IMG/VR virus record: IMGVR_UViG_3300005581_000001 | Span: 1 to 64,000 of that record | Strand: one strand, 5' to 3' | DNA: 64,000 nucleotides | DNA from: a virus | Shown here: piece after piece, positions 10,359 to 21,020 of the stretch | How the letters are laid out: the number at the start of each line of letters is the position of its first letter | How positions within the stretch are numbered: the stretch's first letter is position 1 | The notes under the pieces: generated by a model | Told to the model about the DNA's origin: nothing | Databases searched by the model: none | The model's input: only the letters and a program-made list of their open reading frames with translations | Made by a program: the position numbers and the translations under genes

Positions 10359-10937
10359 ATGGCGATAGTTATCGACAATTTTGAAATTATAGCAAATGGA
10401 AAACAACTAGCTATCGAAGTTCATACAGAACTTACATATAAAATTTCATCTATTTTAGTATGGACAACGATAGATTATAAAGATTACTCTTTAGCTATTG
10501 ATTTATCATCTAAACTTTTAAAGGTAAATGAAAAAGAAACATTAATTATAAATGCTTCAGATGTGGGATTAACAATTTTTAAAGACATAGTATATATGGA
10601 AGTGGAAAGCACTTACGTAGATGTACCTGGATGTCAAGATTGTCAATCACCAGTTACGGGAGTTACTTATAATTTGACACCATATTATTACTGTCTGCTT
10701 AGTTTTCTTCTAGAATTAGAAATAACTAATTGTGTAGATTGTGATAAAAATAAATCTAACCAAATGGTAATAACTATCAATATGCTAATTGATAATATTA
10801 TTAAAGCACTGCAAATAGGGTACTACACTCAAGCATCTCAAATGGTAACTAAGTTACAAAAACTTTGCACACTTACCCCTTGCACAGATTGCATACCAAT
10901 AGATTGTACTACATGTAGCGGATATATACAAGCTTAA
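10359..10937 (+). CDS. Putative tail hub / fibre-attachment protein, Cys-rich
   Basis: Several CxxC motifs (CQDC, CVDC, CTDC, CTTC); start of the fibre region. Confidence 0.45.
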   Translation: MAIVIDNFEIIANGKQLAIEVHTELTYKISSILVWTTIDYKDYSLAIDLSSKLLKVNEKETLIINASDVGLTIFKDIVYMEVESTYVDVPGCQDCQSPVTGVTYNLTPYYYCLLSFLLELEITNCVDCDKNKSNQMVITINMLIDNIIKALQIGYYTQASQMVTKLQKLCTLTPCTDCIPIDCTTCSGYIQA

Positions 10938-10942
10938 TAAAG

Positions 10943-11644
10943 ATGGCAGAAATAAATGAAAAAGGACACGTTTCAGTAATAATAGGTTCAGTTGAAAAAA
11001 CATATAGAAAAGCCCGTTTAACAGGCAAACTAAATTCAAATGACCCTTATATACTAGAAGCTATATATAAGCTATTAGGAGCTTGCTATACATCTTTATC
11101 GCAACCTAATAGAAGAACATTAACTACTTTATATAATAGGATACTTACTACTTCTAAAAATACTTGTATGCCAATGGTTTTAGCTCAAGATATAAAAAGT
11201 CCAAAACCAGTATTTATACAAGCTGAGTTCTTAGATTGTAATACTTATCCAGTAAATCAAAAAGTATTTTATTGGCAAGAAGCTGATTATTATACTACAA
11301 ATGCACAAGTTGTATTAAAAGTTGACGATAGCGGATTCTTAAAATCAAAACCTAGTGACACTCTTGTTAGTTTTAATGCAGGAAAAACCATACCGTATGC
11401 ATTAATAGGAAGAATATGTTTTGCTATAACAGATACTAAATTAGAAACAACATTTGATATATTTAATTCATTAAATATAAATATTACAGATGGATTTACT
11501 GAAACATTTATAGACAGTATAAATACAACTTTATTTGTATCAAATAATATATATTCATATGGAGATATGTTTATAAAAATAAAAACACCATCAGTAAGTG
11601 GAGAAGGAATATATAATCAAATATTTAACGAAACATTTCAATAA
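10943..11644 (+). CDS. Putative tail hub / structural protein
   Basis: Operon position; no recognisable catalytic motif. Confidence 0.4.
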   Translation: MAEINEKGHVSVIIGSVEKTYRKARLTGKLNSNDPYILEAIYKLLGACYTSLSQPNRRTLTTLYNRILTTSKNTCMPMVLAQDIKSPKPVFIQAEFLDCNTYPVNQKVFYWQEADYYTTNAQVVLKVDDSGFLKSKPSDTLVSFNAGKTIPYALIGRICFAITDTKLETTFDIFNSLNINITDGFTETFIDSINTTLFVSNNIYSYGDMFIKIKTPSVSGEGIYNQIFNETFQ

Positions 11645-12201
11645 TGACAAATACAGCATTAAAAACACAAATAGATACTGATATAACAAATAAATCAGCA
11701 ACAAAAAGTATAACTCCATTAAATGTAGGATCAAACACTAAGGCAATAGTTGATTATGTTGATCAAGAATCTAATTTAAAAGAAAATTTATCTAACAAAT
11801 CAACAAACGTAACTACTGATGCAACAAGTAATACTAAATATCCAAGTGTTAAAGCAATAAAAGATTACGTAGATGCTAAATTGCCTTATAAAGTTTATAC
11901 GGCTTTAATATCACAATCAGGAACAAGCGCACCAACACTTGTTGTTTTGCAGAACACATTGGGCGATACTATTACATCACTTTATAATGGTGTAGGAAAT
12001 TATACTTTACAATTAGCCACTCTTAATTTATTTATCTATACAAAAACATTTATATTATTAAATAGTAGTTATAATTCTAATGCTTATTTAGGTATTGTTA
12101 GAGGTGATGATAACGAATTATTAGTAACCTCTGTTTATAGTGGAAGTAATAGTAATAACGTAATATCAGACGCTTCAATAGAAATCAGAGTATATAATTA
12201 A
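11644..12201 (+). CDS. Short fibre-like structural protein
   Basis: KENLSNKST...KYPSVKAIKDYVD fibre motif and a beta-rich C-terminal domain (YKVYTALISQSGTSAP). Confidence 0.5.
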   Translation: MTNTALKTQIDTDITNKSATKSITPLNVGSNTKAIVDYVDQESNLKENLSNKSTNVTTDATSNTKYPSVKAIKDYVDAKLPYKVYTALISQSGTSAPTLVVLQNTLGDTITSLYNGVGNYTLQLATLNLFIYTKTFILLNSSYNSNAYLGIVRGDDNELLVTSVYSGSNSNNVISDASIEIRVYN

Positions 12202-12216
12202 TAAGATAAAAAATAT

Positions 12217-14097
12217 ATGTCAGACTATTCAAATATACCTTTAGGGTTAAAAACAACAACACAAATACCTTTAGATGTAAAAACATACATTCAAAATGAA
12301 GCTGCATTAAAAGACTTAGGTTTAAATAATAATTTAGCATTTACATATGTAAAGGGAAGTATTTTTTATTGTATAGAAGAAGGGACTAGATATGAATGGA
12401 GAGAAGTTATTGGTGGAGAAGTTGGATTAAGAACTACTAATTATACATACCCAAATAACATATCTTCATTTGGAATAACATATTCTAATAAAATATATAA
12501 TTTTTTTAGATATTACGATACCAGCACATATTCAATGACTGATGTTGGTACTGGAGCTGGAGTATATAAAGATTCTACACTGTCTGGTTATAACACACAA
12601 TTTAATTTAAAAAGTATTAAAGTTGAAAATGTAGGTACTGGTTTATCAATAGTTAAAGATGTTGTTGAAAATACAAATGATATTACAACAAGGGTTAGGA
12701 AAATAAAATCATCCACACTAAATGTAAATATAGTTGGAGATGATATTGTAATCGAAAATCCAGTTCAGACAGATACAAGTATTCCAAGGTTTATAGTTAA
12801 CAAAGACTACATTGGAACAGAAGAATTAGGAACTATAGCAAAACCATTTAAAACAATAGAAGCTGGGTTACTGGCTTTTAAAGGAACTGGAACAAATGTA
12901 GCCCCACAATATACTGGATCAACAGTTTTTATACAAAGAGCATCAAGCGCCTATACATTTACAGGAAACATAAATTATAACAGAATTGTTTTTGAATTAG
13001 AAGCTGGAGCTATAATTAGTTCAGACCCATCAGTAGGTGATTACTTAATTGACTATGATGCAATGAGTGTATTAAACACAATAGATTCAACTATAATTTT
13101 AAATGAAGGCTCTAGAATAACCTTACTTAAAAAAGGATTTAGAAATAGAGGAACTAGTGGAATCTACAGTGCTTACAGTAAAATATTAAGAATAAAAGGA
13201 CAAGGAACGATACTTAACTTTTCAGATACAATAGCATCTGCCTCGCTTAAATGTACTTTTGAATCTAACTATCCATCTGATATTGGATATGTTAATCCAA
13301 ATGCAGCAAATTTTTATATAGAGAACATATCATTAATTTCATATAATTCTCCATTTGTGATGCAAGGCGGCTCGTCTGCGAATATATTTAAGAATGTAAA
13401 TTTTGAATACTGTAGTCCTATATCATTATTTATGAATAGTGCAACTCCATTATTTGATTTAAAAGGAGGTAGTTTTGAATTGTATGATTCTGAATTATTA
13501 GTACAAGCAGATTCAGTTGCTGAAGTAGTTGAAAATATAATTTCGACAGAGGAAATAAATAGTTTTAATATTGCAATAACATTAAATAATACTAAGCTTT
13601 CAGGGGTTTGTGATAATTTTTTATACAATAAATCTGAAACACAATTAAACGATATATCTCTTGTAAAAGTTTCAGCTAATAATTTACAATTAAACCTGTT
13701 GTTTATAAAGACAGATACAACACTACCACAAACAGTGGATATGAGTTTTTGTTCTATAGGCGGAAATGTAAGCACATTGTTAAATGCTGAAGCTTTATTG
13801 GTAGGTAATTCAATAAATGAAATTGCCTCACAGGTTATTGCAACGCTTCCTACGTATTCTTCAAAAAATGCAGCGGTTTCTGATGGATTATCAAAGGGTA
13901 GTTTATTTATAAATCAAACAAATTTAACTGCAGGAACATTCGTGACTGGAGTAGAATATAAAATATTAACAATAGGAGATACAAACTTTACGTTAATAGG
14001 AGCTTCCGCAAATACAGTAGGATTGTATTTTACAGCAAGTGGCCCAGGCGTAGGAACTGGAACGGCTTCATTAATAAAAATAGACATAGTAATTTAA
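12217..14097 (+). CDS. Tail fibre/spike with probable beta-helix
   Basis: GTIAKPFKTI beta-helix cap motif, Asn/Ile-rich body, C-terminal AGTFVTGVEYKI...GTGTA module. Confidence 0.55.
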   Translation: MSDYSNIPLGLKTTTQIPLDVKTYIQNEAALKDLGLNNNLAFTYVKGSIFYCIEEGTRYEWREVIGGEVGLRTTNYTYPNNISSFGITYSNKIYNFFRYYDTSTYSMTDVGTGAGVYKDSTLSGYNTQFNLKSIKVENVGTGLSIVKDVVENTNDITTRVRKIKSSTLNVNIVGDDIVIENPVQTDTSIPRFIVNKDYIGTEELGTIAKPFKTIEAGLLAFKGTGTNVAPQYTGSTVFIQRASSAYTFTGNINYNRIVFELEAGAIISSDPSVGDYLIDYDAMSVLNTIDSTIILNEGSRITLLKKGFRNRGTSGIYSAYSKILRIKGQGTILNFSDTIASASLKCTFESNYPSDIGYVNPNAANFYIENISLISYNSPFVMQGGSSANIFKNVNFEYCSPISLFMNSATPLFDLKGGSFELYDSELLVQADSVAEVVENIISTEEINSFNIAITLNNTKLSGVCDNFLYNKSETQLNDISLVKVSANNLQLNLLFIKTDTTLPQTVDMSFCSIGGNVSTLLNAEALLVGNSINEIASQVIATLPTYSSKNAAVSDGLSKGSLFINQTNLTAGTFVTGVEYKILTIGDTNFTLIGASANTVGLYFTASGPGVGTGTASLIKIDIVI

Positions 14098-14108
14098 AAT
14101 AAACACAA

Positions 14109-14501
14109 ATGGCAGTAATAGAATGTAACGAAATAAATCAAAATATAAATGAACTTCTTATTGCTTTTCAAGATTGTAAAAAAATATTGAATTCAGATTT
14201 AAGAAAACTTGTAGATTTAGTTTCAGCTGTAAATACTTGTGCAAATGGAGGTCCTAATTATAATACATTAGTTACAAATATATACGAACCAATAGTAGAT
14301 CAAGTTGTAAATTATCCTATAAATACATTTCATTCAATAACAATTATAGTTGTGTCTGGAACTATTGTTTATAATACATTTACATTTCCATCTGGAATGA
14401 CGCAAAATATAGAGGTTACAACTTTAAATCAAACAGCATTATCGTTTACAGCAAAAGCTGGAAGCAAAGTGCTTGTAGAATATTTAATAGAAACAGTATA
14501 A
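14109..14501 (+). CDS. Small structural / fibre-associated protein
   Basis: 130 aa, translationally coupled to the next fibre gene. Confidence 0.45.
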   Translation: MAVIECNEINQNINELLIAFQDCKKILNSDLRKLVDLVSAVNTCANGGPNYNTLVTNIYEPIVDQVVNYPINTFHSITIIVVSGTIVYNTFTFPSGMTQNIEVTTLNQTALSFTAKAGSKVLVEYLIETV

Positions 14502-17419
14502 TGGCAAAAATAACAACTACATTATCACAATCTCCAGAAGGTGCAATTACACCAAACCTACAAGAAGTAACAACTGTTGGAGCAACAACAAATATACCTA
14601 TTGAAGTAGATGTACTTCTAACGGGTACTGCGATAACAGGATTGTCTGAGGGCGGGATAGGTGGCTACTTTATGTCAAGTACAGGAACGGCTCTTTCAGC
14701 ATATGCAAACAATGGATTACCTTTTGAAGCAAGAGCTGGAGTTGATGTTACAGGTAATATTGCAGAGTTTAAACTTACAGGAGGCGGTGGTGGAACTACT
14801 ACCGTTGCAAGTATAGATACAAGTGGAATAATAACTGGCAGTTCTTTTATTAAAACTGGGGGCTTATCAACCCAATTCCTTATGGCTGATGGTAGTGTTA
14901 CTACAGGGGGCGGAGGAGGAGCAATAACGGCTTCTAATGGTTTAACCAAAATAGGAGATGATATTCGGTTAGGAGGAACGCTAACTGAAAATACTACAAT
15001 TAACAGTAGTACATTTACTGAAACGCGTAATGGTGCCACTACACCAAGCTTGAGTACGTTTGTTGTTAATAATACTTCAACAACAGGTGCTGGTAATGGT
15101 ATTGTAGGAACTACTCGTTCAACAATGGGTTCTGGCGTTTACGGCTTCGCGATGATTGGTTCGCCATCAACAACTATAGGTGTAACAGGGGATGCTCAAT
15201 ATACAAGTGGAGTTGGGGTTAGAGGTATTGGTGGAGGTATAGGCGTTAAAGGTGAGTCAAGTAGTGTTGCAGCGGAATTTGAAAATAACGGTCCAATGAA
15301 TGCTCTTGTATATCCAATAATACAGTTGAAAAAAAGCGCTGCCTCTGGCACTCCTGGAATTGGCTCTGGGACGGCAATAAATTTTCTTACTTCAACTGTA
15401 AATACAGGAACTCCAAAAAGAACTAATTTAATATCATCATATTGGAGCACAGTAACTGATGTGTCAAGAGTATCTGAACTTAGCATAAGTGGATTAGATA
15501 ATGCAATAGAAAGTACTTTATTTACACTTAAAGGAACAGGTCAACTAAGACTAAATAAATATGGATCTGGAACATTCACTGGAACACCTGTTTATAGTTT
15601 ACAATTAGATTCTTCTGGAAATATTATTGAAGGAACTGTAACATCAGCTAATAATTATTGGACAAAAACAGGAGATGATATTAAAAATAATAATATTGGT
15701 AATACTCAAATTCAAATACAACCTACAAAACAAGCTCAATTTTTAAATTCAGCAGGAACGCAAGTAGGTTTTATAGATGAAAATGGAACTTATAGAGCAG
15801 GTACAGCAACGCAATATGTAACAGTTGGATTATTAGGTGGCAATACTTGGATGTCTATGGTTAGATTACAAGCTAGTATGGGAGTTGTTTTAGGTAATCC
15901 TCAAGTAAGCCAAGCTTTCACAACAACATCTACTAATTACTTTGGATCATCATATATTGCAGGAAGCGGAGAGGTAGCTGCTGTAGCAAATGCAGAGCAT
16001 TCATTTAATATTGGAAATGCACCTGGAGACGGTATTACTTCTGGCATCTTTAGAATTGGCAGAACAAGATTACAATCTACCGTTCCTGTTAAATACGCTA
16101 CTAATTTAGTAGGTAGTTACGACAATAGAACGTTAGTAGATAAAGAGTATGTTGATGGATTATCTTTTTCAACATCGGACAAACAATTATTATATAATGA
16201 TTCTTCTACTGGTATAATTGCTTTTGATGGATTATCTATAAATGTAGATACGACTAAGTTTAATGTAGGTGCGATAAAAGCGTGGTTTATAAATAACTAC
16301 ACAGACCCATTAAATCCTACAAAACAATACAAATCATTTCCAGCTACAACCGCTAATGTAGTTCCTAATATAGCTATCCAAAACGTATCTTATTTAGCAA
16401 TAGATGTTAATGGAGTTTTACAATTTTCAGCAAGTCCTTTTGACAATTCATTACAAAGAGATTATTGTATGTTAGGAGTAATAGTCCACTCTAATAGAGT
16501 TATTGTAAATGCTGTAAATAACCAGCCTGTAGTAGCTATTGATAATGGAGCACAACTTTCAGATTTAATGGAGGCTATTGGGTTTTTTAATATTAGTGGA
16601 AATGTATTTTCTCCAAATGGAGCAAATTTAAATATTAATAAAAGTTTTGGACATGTATTTAAGCAAGGTACTAATTTTATAAATACAAACAAAGACCCAC
16701 ATACGTTACAATTACCTGCATTAGTAGCTCCAACAAATATAAGGTATAGGCTTCAAAACGGAACAGAATATACAAATACAGCAGTAATAGATCCAGAATT
16801 TTATGACAACGGAGGGGTAAGAACTTTGGTTCCTGGAAGTAAATACTCTATTCAAAGAATTTATGTATTTCAAAGTAACTTAATAAGAATTCAATATGGT
16901 CAAGCTGTGTATTCAAATATAGCTGAAGCTATACAGGCTATAGCTACTGAATCTTTTGTTGTAGAGCAAAATATATTAGAAAACGGATTATTTAGAGGTC
17001 TATTAATTTTAAAACATAATACAACAAATTTAACAGACACTTCTAGAGCGTTATTTATAGAGGCAAGTAAATTTGGCAGCGTAGTTGGTCTTGGCAGTTT
17101 ATCGACAACTTCTTTGCAGCAGGCGTATAATAATTCAACAATTCCTTTAATAGTTACTAATGTAACGTTAGACGGATTTAGTGTTAAAAATGGAACTGGA
17201 AATGCTGATAATATTACTCCTATATATAAAGGTCAAAATACAGCAGGAACTAATACATTTCAAGTAAATGCAGATGGTGCGGTAACTGCTTTATCATTCA
17301 TAAAATCAGGAGGTACATCAAGTCAGTTTCTTATGGCTGATGGTAGCACGTCAACAGGAGGAGGTGGAGATTTAGATTATATTTTAATGCAAACATTAAG
17401 AAATACTTATAACTATTAA
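14501..17419 (+). CDS. Long tail fibre protein
   Basis: 972 aa, Gly/Thr-rich; LQEVT and LQQAY motifs; two copies of SFIKxGGxSxQFLMADGS. Confidence 0.7.
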   Translation: MAKITTTLSQSPEGAITPNLQEVTTVGATTNIPIEVDVLLTGTAITGLSEGGIGGYFMSSTGTALSAYANNGLPFEARAGVDVTGNIAEFKLTGGGGGTTTVASIDTSGIITGSSFIKTGGLSTQFLMADGSVTTGGGGGAITASNGLTKIGDDIRLGGTLTENTTINSSTFTETRNGATTPSLSTFVVNNTSTTGAGNGIVGTTRSTMGSGVYGFAMIGSPSTTIGVTGDAQYTSGVGVRGIGGGIGVKGESSSVAAEFENNGPMNALVYPIIQLKKSAASGTPGIGSGTAINFLTSTVNTGTPKRTNLISSYWSTVTDVSRVSELSISGLDNAIESTLFTLKGTGQLRLNKYGSGTFTGTPVYSLQLDSSGNIIEGTVTSANNYWTKTGDDIKNNNIGNTQIQIQPTKQAQFLNSAGTQVGFIDENGTYRAGTATQYVTVGLLGGNTWMSMVRLQASMGVVLGNPQVSQAFTTTSTNYFGSSYIAGSGEVAAVANAEHSFNIGNAPGDGITSGIFRIGRTRLQSTVPVKYATNLVGSYDNRTLVDKEYVDGLSFSTSDKQLLYNDSSTGIIAFDGLSINVDTTKFNVGAIKAWFINNYTDPLNPTKQYKSFPATTANVVPNIAIQNVSYLAIDVNGVLQFSASPFDNSLQRDYCMLGVIVHSNRVIVNAVNNQPVVAIDNGAQLSDLMEAIGFFNISGNVFSPNGANLNINKSFGHVFKQGTNFINTNKDPHTLQLPALVAPTNIRYRLQNGTEYTNTAVIDPEFYDNGGVRTLVPGSKYSIQRIYVFQSNLIRIQYGQAVYSNIAEAIQAIATESFVVEQNILENGLFRGLLILKHNTTNLTDTSRALFIEASKFGSVVGLGSLSTTSLQQAYNNSTIPLIVTNVTLDGFSVKNGTGNADNITPIYKGQNTAGTNTFQVNADGAVTALSFIKSGGTSSQFLMADGSTSTGGGGDLDYILMQTLRNTYNY

Positions 17420-17430
17420 AAATAAAAATT

Positions 17431-17880
17431 ATGGCTTTAGTAAACGGTCAAATACCAATTTTAGCTAATGTAATTAATTCAGGAGTTGCTGTTTTAACAG
17501 GAACTACAATAGGAACATTAGGAAGTAACACTAACGGAGTTACAATATATACTGCAGGAGCGTATGGTGGAAGGATATATTCTTTAATCGCAAGCGCAGC
17601 TAATGCTGCAATAACAAATGTATTCATATACATTTTAAGAGGAGCAACAGTAGTTCCAATAGGATTAGTAGCGGTAGCTATTAATGCTGGTAATATAACA
17701 GGAACAAGAAATAATGATATGTTAGACGGGCTTAATCTTGTGGGAATGCCTTTAGATAATACTGGCAAAAGATATATTCCATTAATGCCAAATGATGTAT
17801 TAAGATGCTCTACATTAGTAAGTTTAGCTGCTAATAGTTGTTATGTAACAGCGCACGGAGCTGATTATCAAGCAGTATAG
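17431..17880 (+). CDS. Fibre-associated beta protein
   Basis: 149 aa, beta-rich, follows the fibre gene; ends with TAG. Confidence 0.45.
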   Translation: MALVNGQIPILANVINSGVAVLTGTTIGTLGSNTNGVTIYTAGAYGGRIYSLIASAANAAITNVFIYILRGATVVPIGLVAVAINAGNITGTRNNDMLDGLNLVGMPLDNTGKRYIPLMPNDVLRCSTLVSLAANSCYVTAHGADYQAV

Positions 17881-17881
17881 T

Positions 17882-19027
17882 ATGAGTGGAATACAATCAA
17901 ATATTGTAGATGGAACAGTTAATGGTCTTATAAATAATAATTATTTGGGAGAAACATTTGGATTAATGGCTAATGACGTGCCAAAAGATGACACTAATGC
18001 TTTTATATGTATAATTGACACGACAATGTCTGGAACAGGAGTAGCTTTAAGACAAATTCAACTTGCCATTACTTCTACTGGAAGTTATACTATTGATTGG
18101 GGGGATGGCTCGAAAGAGATAAACAGAAATATTCATACCTATGCAAGTAAGGGAGTTTACACTATTAAAATAAAAGCATTAGCTTTATGGATTAATTTCA
18201 ATAGTACAAACTCTTTAAAGTATTTAGAAATAATTCAATTTGGATGTCTAACTCTTAAAACAGGAGCGGTTACAACTTTTATTATCTGTAATAACTTAAA
18301 ATTTAATAATGTTAGAGATAGTTTTGCATTATTAGGTAGTTCAGGAATAAATTCATCTACATTCGGTTTGTTTGAAAGTTGTTTATCTTTTACCAGTATA
18401 TTAGGACTAGAACAATTATCTTTAAGTGGAGCATCTACATTGGCTCAATGGTTTTCAAATAATCCTAGTTTTAATCAAAATATAGGAAACTGGAATGTGC
18501 TTGGAATTACAAATATGAGCTTTCTGTTTAATAATGCAACTGCTTTTAATCAAGATATAGGAAATTGGAGAGTAGGTAATGTTACTAATTTTAACAGTTT
18601 TATGAATGGAAAAACACCAACTACATTTTCAAAAGAAAATTTAGATTCTATTTATAATGGCTGGACTGAATATCAACTACAACTTAGCAACGTTATTTCT
18701 TTTGGTACTGCTAATTATACTGCTAGTGGTGCAGAAGGTAGAGCTTTGTTAACTAGAGATAATGCCTCAGTTGTAATATTAGGAGCAATTAACAATGGTA
18801 GCGGGTTAATAAGAATAATAATCGGAGGCCACGGTAGAGCAACTGGTGAAAAAATATTTATATCAGGAGTATTAGGAACAGTTGAAGCAAATGGAGCTTG
18901 GATAGTTACTGTCGTTAGTCTAACTGAATTAGATTTGCAAGGAAGTGTATTTACTAATACCTATACAGGTGGTGGTATTTTACGAACAGGTTATGGGTGG
19001 ACGGTAGTAGATGGTGGAGTAATTTAA
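17882..19027 (+). CDS. DUF285/BspA-like repeat protein with a PKD-like N-terminal segment (putative adhesin)
   Basis: YTIDWGDGS...HTYASKGVYTIKI (PKD-like); repeats FNQNIGNWNVLGITNMSFLF and FNQDIGNWRVGNVTNFNSFM; ends GWTVVDGG. Confidence 0.75.
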   Translation: MSGIQSNIVDGTVNGLINNNYLGETFGLMANDVPKDDTNAFICIIDTTMSGTGVALRQIQLAITSTGSYTIDWGDGSKEINRNIHTYASKGVYTIKIKALALWINFNSTNSLKYLEIIQFGCLTLKTGAVTTFIICNNLKFNNVRDSFALLGSSGINSSTFGLFESCLSFTSILGLEQLSLSGASTLAQWFSNNPSFNQNIGNWNVLGITNMSFLFNNATAFNQDIGNWRVGNVTNFNSFMNGKTPTTFSKENLDSIYNGWTEYQLQLSNVISFGTANYTASGAEGRALLTRDNASVVILGAINNGSGLIRIIIGGHGRATGEKIFISGVLGTVEANGAWIVTVVSLTELDLQGSVFTNTYTGGGILRTGYGWTVVDGGVI

Positions 19028-19038
19028 AAATATAAATT

Positions 19039-19233
19039 ATGTATTATTTAGCAACAGATAGATTAAAAGTTTTTCATTACGGAGAAATAATAGGAGAGCA
19101 AATTATAACAAGTGGACAACCATATTTAGAATGGTTTGAAACGGAAGAAGAACTTATAAGTAGACTTTTAGAGTTTAATAGTATTTATTTAAATTATAAT
19201 AAATTTAAAAAAGAATCTAATAGCGGAAATTAA
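19039..19233 (+). CDS. Hypothetical protein
   Basis: 64-aa ORF in operon context. Confidence 0.5.
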   Translation: MYYLATDRLKVFHYGEIIGEQIITSGQPYLEWFETEEELISRLLEFNSIYLNYNKFKKESNSGN

Positions 19234-19251
19234 AATAAACAATTAATTAAT

Positions 19252-19710
19252 ATGAAATTACCATTAATTCCACTAGACAAAGCAAATCATTTTATATATG
19301 GATTTGTAATATATGTTTTAGCAAATTTATTTTTAAATCAATATTATTCTTTAGGTATTACAATAGCTTTTGGCGTTAGCAGAGATGTTATGCAAAAAAT
19401 AACTAAAAAAGGTAATTCAGAAATAATGGATGCTGTTTGGACTATTATTCCTGCTATTATATTGATTTTAGCTATGTTATTATCACAACAATCAAAGGCA
19501 CAAGAATCAATAGTTGTTGGAGGAAATTCAATAGAAACATTTGGAGAAGTTTTTCCAATAATGCAAACTATTGCAGAAGAAGAAGAAGTTACTTTAAGTA
19601 TTCCAAGATTTGAAATGCCAATTGAAAAGCCCAAGCAAGATGTAAAAAATAAAAGTATATTTGAAAAGATATTAGACTTTATTAGAAAATTAATTAATAA
19701 AAATAAATAA
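19252..19710 (+). CDS. Membrane protein (lysis region)
   Basis: DKANHF motif plus 2-3 hydrophobic segments and a soluble C-terminus. Confidence 0.5.
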   Translation: MKLPLIPLDKANHFIYGFVIYVLANLFLNQYYSLGITIAFGVSRDVMQKITKKGNSEIMDAVWTIIPAIILILAMLLSQQSKAQESIVVGGNSIETFGEVFPIMQTIAEEEEVTLSIPRFEMPIEKPKQDVKNKSIFEKILDFIRKLINKNK

Positions 19711-19712
19711 TT

Positions 19713-19907
19713 ATGAAAAACTGGAAGACAACTTTAGCTGGATTAGTTCCAGGTATTTTAATAGGAGTTAATGCTCTATTAGACGCTTATGTTGCTGGCT
19801 ATTTTGATAAAATGTCAGGCACTCAATTATTAGTTGCCATATCGTTAATTTTATTAGGAGCTTACGCTAAAGATAAAGACGTTACTGGCGGGACTGTAAA
19901 ACAATAA
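19713..19907 (+). CDS. Putative holin
   Basis: MKNWKTTLAG start, two TM segments, GAYAKDKDVTG end; upstream of the endolysin. Confidence 0.55.
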   Translation: MKNWKTTLAGLVPGILIGVNALLDAYVAGYFDKMSGTQLLVAISLILLGAYAKDKDVTGGTVKQ

Positions 19908-19917
19908 ATATAAAAAG

Positions 19918-20109
19918 ATGAGTAGACAAGAATTTATAGATAAATATTTAAATAAAACAGTAAGCAAAACACTTATGATTACATTAATAGCAACTGTTGC
20001 TTTATTTACTTCAAAGTTAAATGGATGGGAATGGACTATCATTGCCACTGCTTATATAGGGAGTGAAAAATTTAGTAAAACAATATTAATGCTTAGAGAT
20101 AAAATATAA
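19918..20109 (+). CDS. Small membrane protein (holin/antiholin candidate)
   Basis: 63 aa, two short hydrophobic segments. Confidence 0.45.
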   Translation: MSRQEFIDKYLNKTVSKTLMITLIATVALFTSKLNGWEWTIIATAYIGSEKFSKTILMLRDKI

Positions 20110-20135
20110 TAAAAAAAATCAAATAAAGTAAATAA

Positions 20136-20432
20136 ATGCCAGAAATAGAAGAAAGATTTGATAAAATAGATCAACATTTAAAATTTGTTAAATTAGATTT
20201 AAGAGACGTTTTAACAGCGCTAACAGGAACTGATGCAAACGGTAAAAAAGGAATTGTCTACGATATAAATGAAATAAACTCAGAAATAGAAGTTATACAG
20301 AAATCAATAGAATTGATTAAATTAGAAAACGCAAAAAGAGAAATATTGCTAGACCAAATAAAATTTGGAGTAGGAGCTGCGTTTGTTATTATACTTGGAA
20401 TTGTAATAAATTTAGTTGCAAAAACTGATTAA
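20136..20432 (+). CDS. Coiled-coil protein with C-terminal TM helix (lysis-associated)
   Basis: C-terminal FGVGAAFVIILGIVINLVA; directly before the endolysin. Confidence 0.45.
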   Translation: MPEIEERFDKIDQHLKFVKLDLRDVLTALTGTDANGKKGIVYDINEINSEIEVIQKSIELIKLENAKREILLDQIKFGVGAAFVIILGIVINLVAKTD

Positions 20433-20444
20433 TAATTTTACATT

Positions 20445-21020
20445 ATGATAAATAGATTAAATTTTTATAACAATTATAGGTTAAATTTTGGTAAATTATC
20501 TTCTACACAAGTTAGCGGGTATGAAGCAATATTTAACGAATGGGATAATAGAAAGTTTAATGATATTAGGTGGCTAGCTTATATGTTAGCCACCACCTAC
20601 CACGAAACTGCAAAAACTATTGCCCCTATAGAAGAATATGGAAAAGGTAAAACTAGGCCATATGGAAAAAAAATAAAGCATTCTGGAGTTGCTTATATTA
20701 CTCCAAACAAATTATATTACGGAAGAGGATTTGTTCAACTTACGTGGTATGAAAATTATGAATTATTAGGTAGATTATTAAAACTTGATTTGCTTAATAA
20801 ACCAGAATTATGTTTAACATTAGATGTTGCGACTAAAGTAATGTTTGAAGGAATGTTAAAAGGAAGTTCTAATGTCGGAGATTTTACTGGAAAATGTTTA
20901 GAAATGTATTTTAACTCAAAAGTAGAAGACCCTATAGGCGCTAGAAGAATTATAAATGGTACTGACAAGGCTAATTTAATAGCTAGTTATTATCAATTAT
21001 TTAAAAAATGTTTAATATGA
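20445..21020 (+). CDS. Endolysin, glycoside hydrolase family 19
   Basis: AYMLATTYHET, PIEEYG, YYGRGFVQLTWYENY and ARRIING motifs. Confidence 0.88.
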   Translation: MINRLNFYNNYRLNFGKLSSTQVSGYEAIFNEWDNRKFNDIRWLAYMLATTYHETAKTIAPIEEYGKGKTRPYGKKIKHSGVAYITPNKLYYGRGFVQLTWYENYELLGRLLKLDLLNKPELCLTLDVATKVMFEGMLKGSSNVGDFTGKCLEMYFNSKVEDPIGARRIINGTDKANLIASYYQLFKKCLI

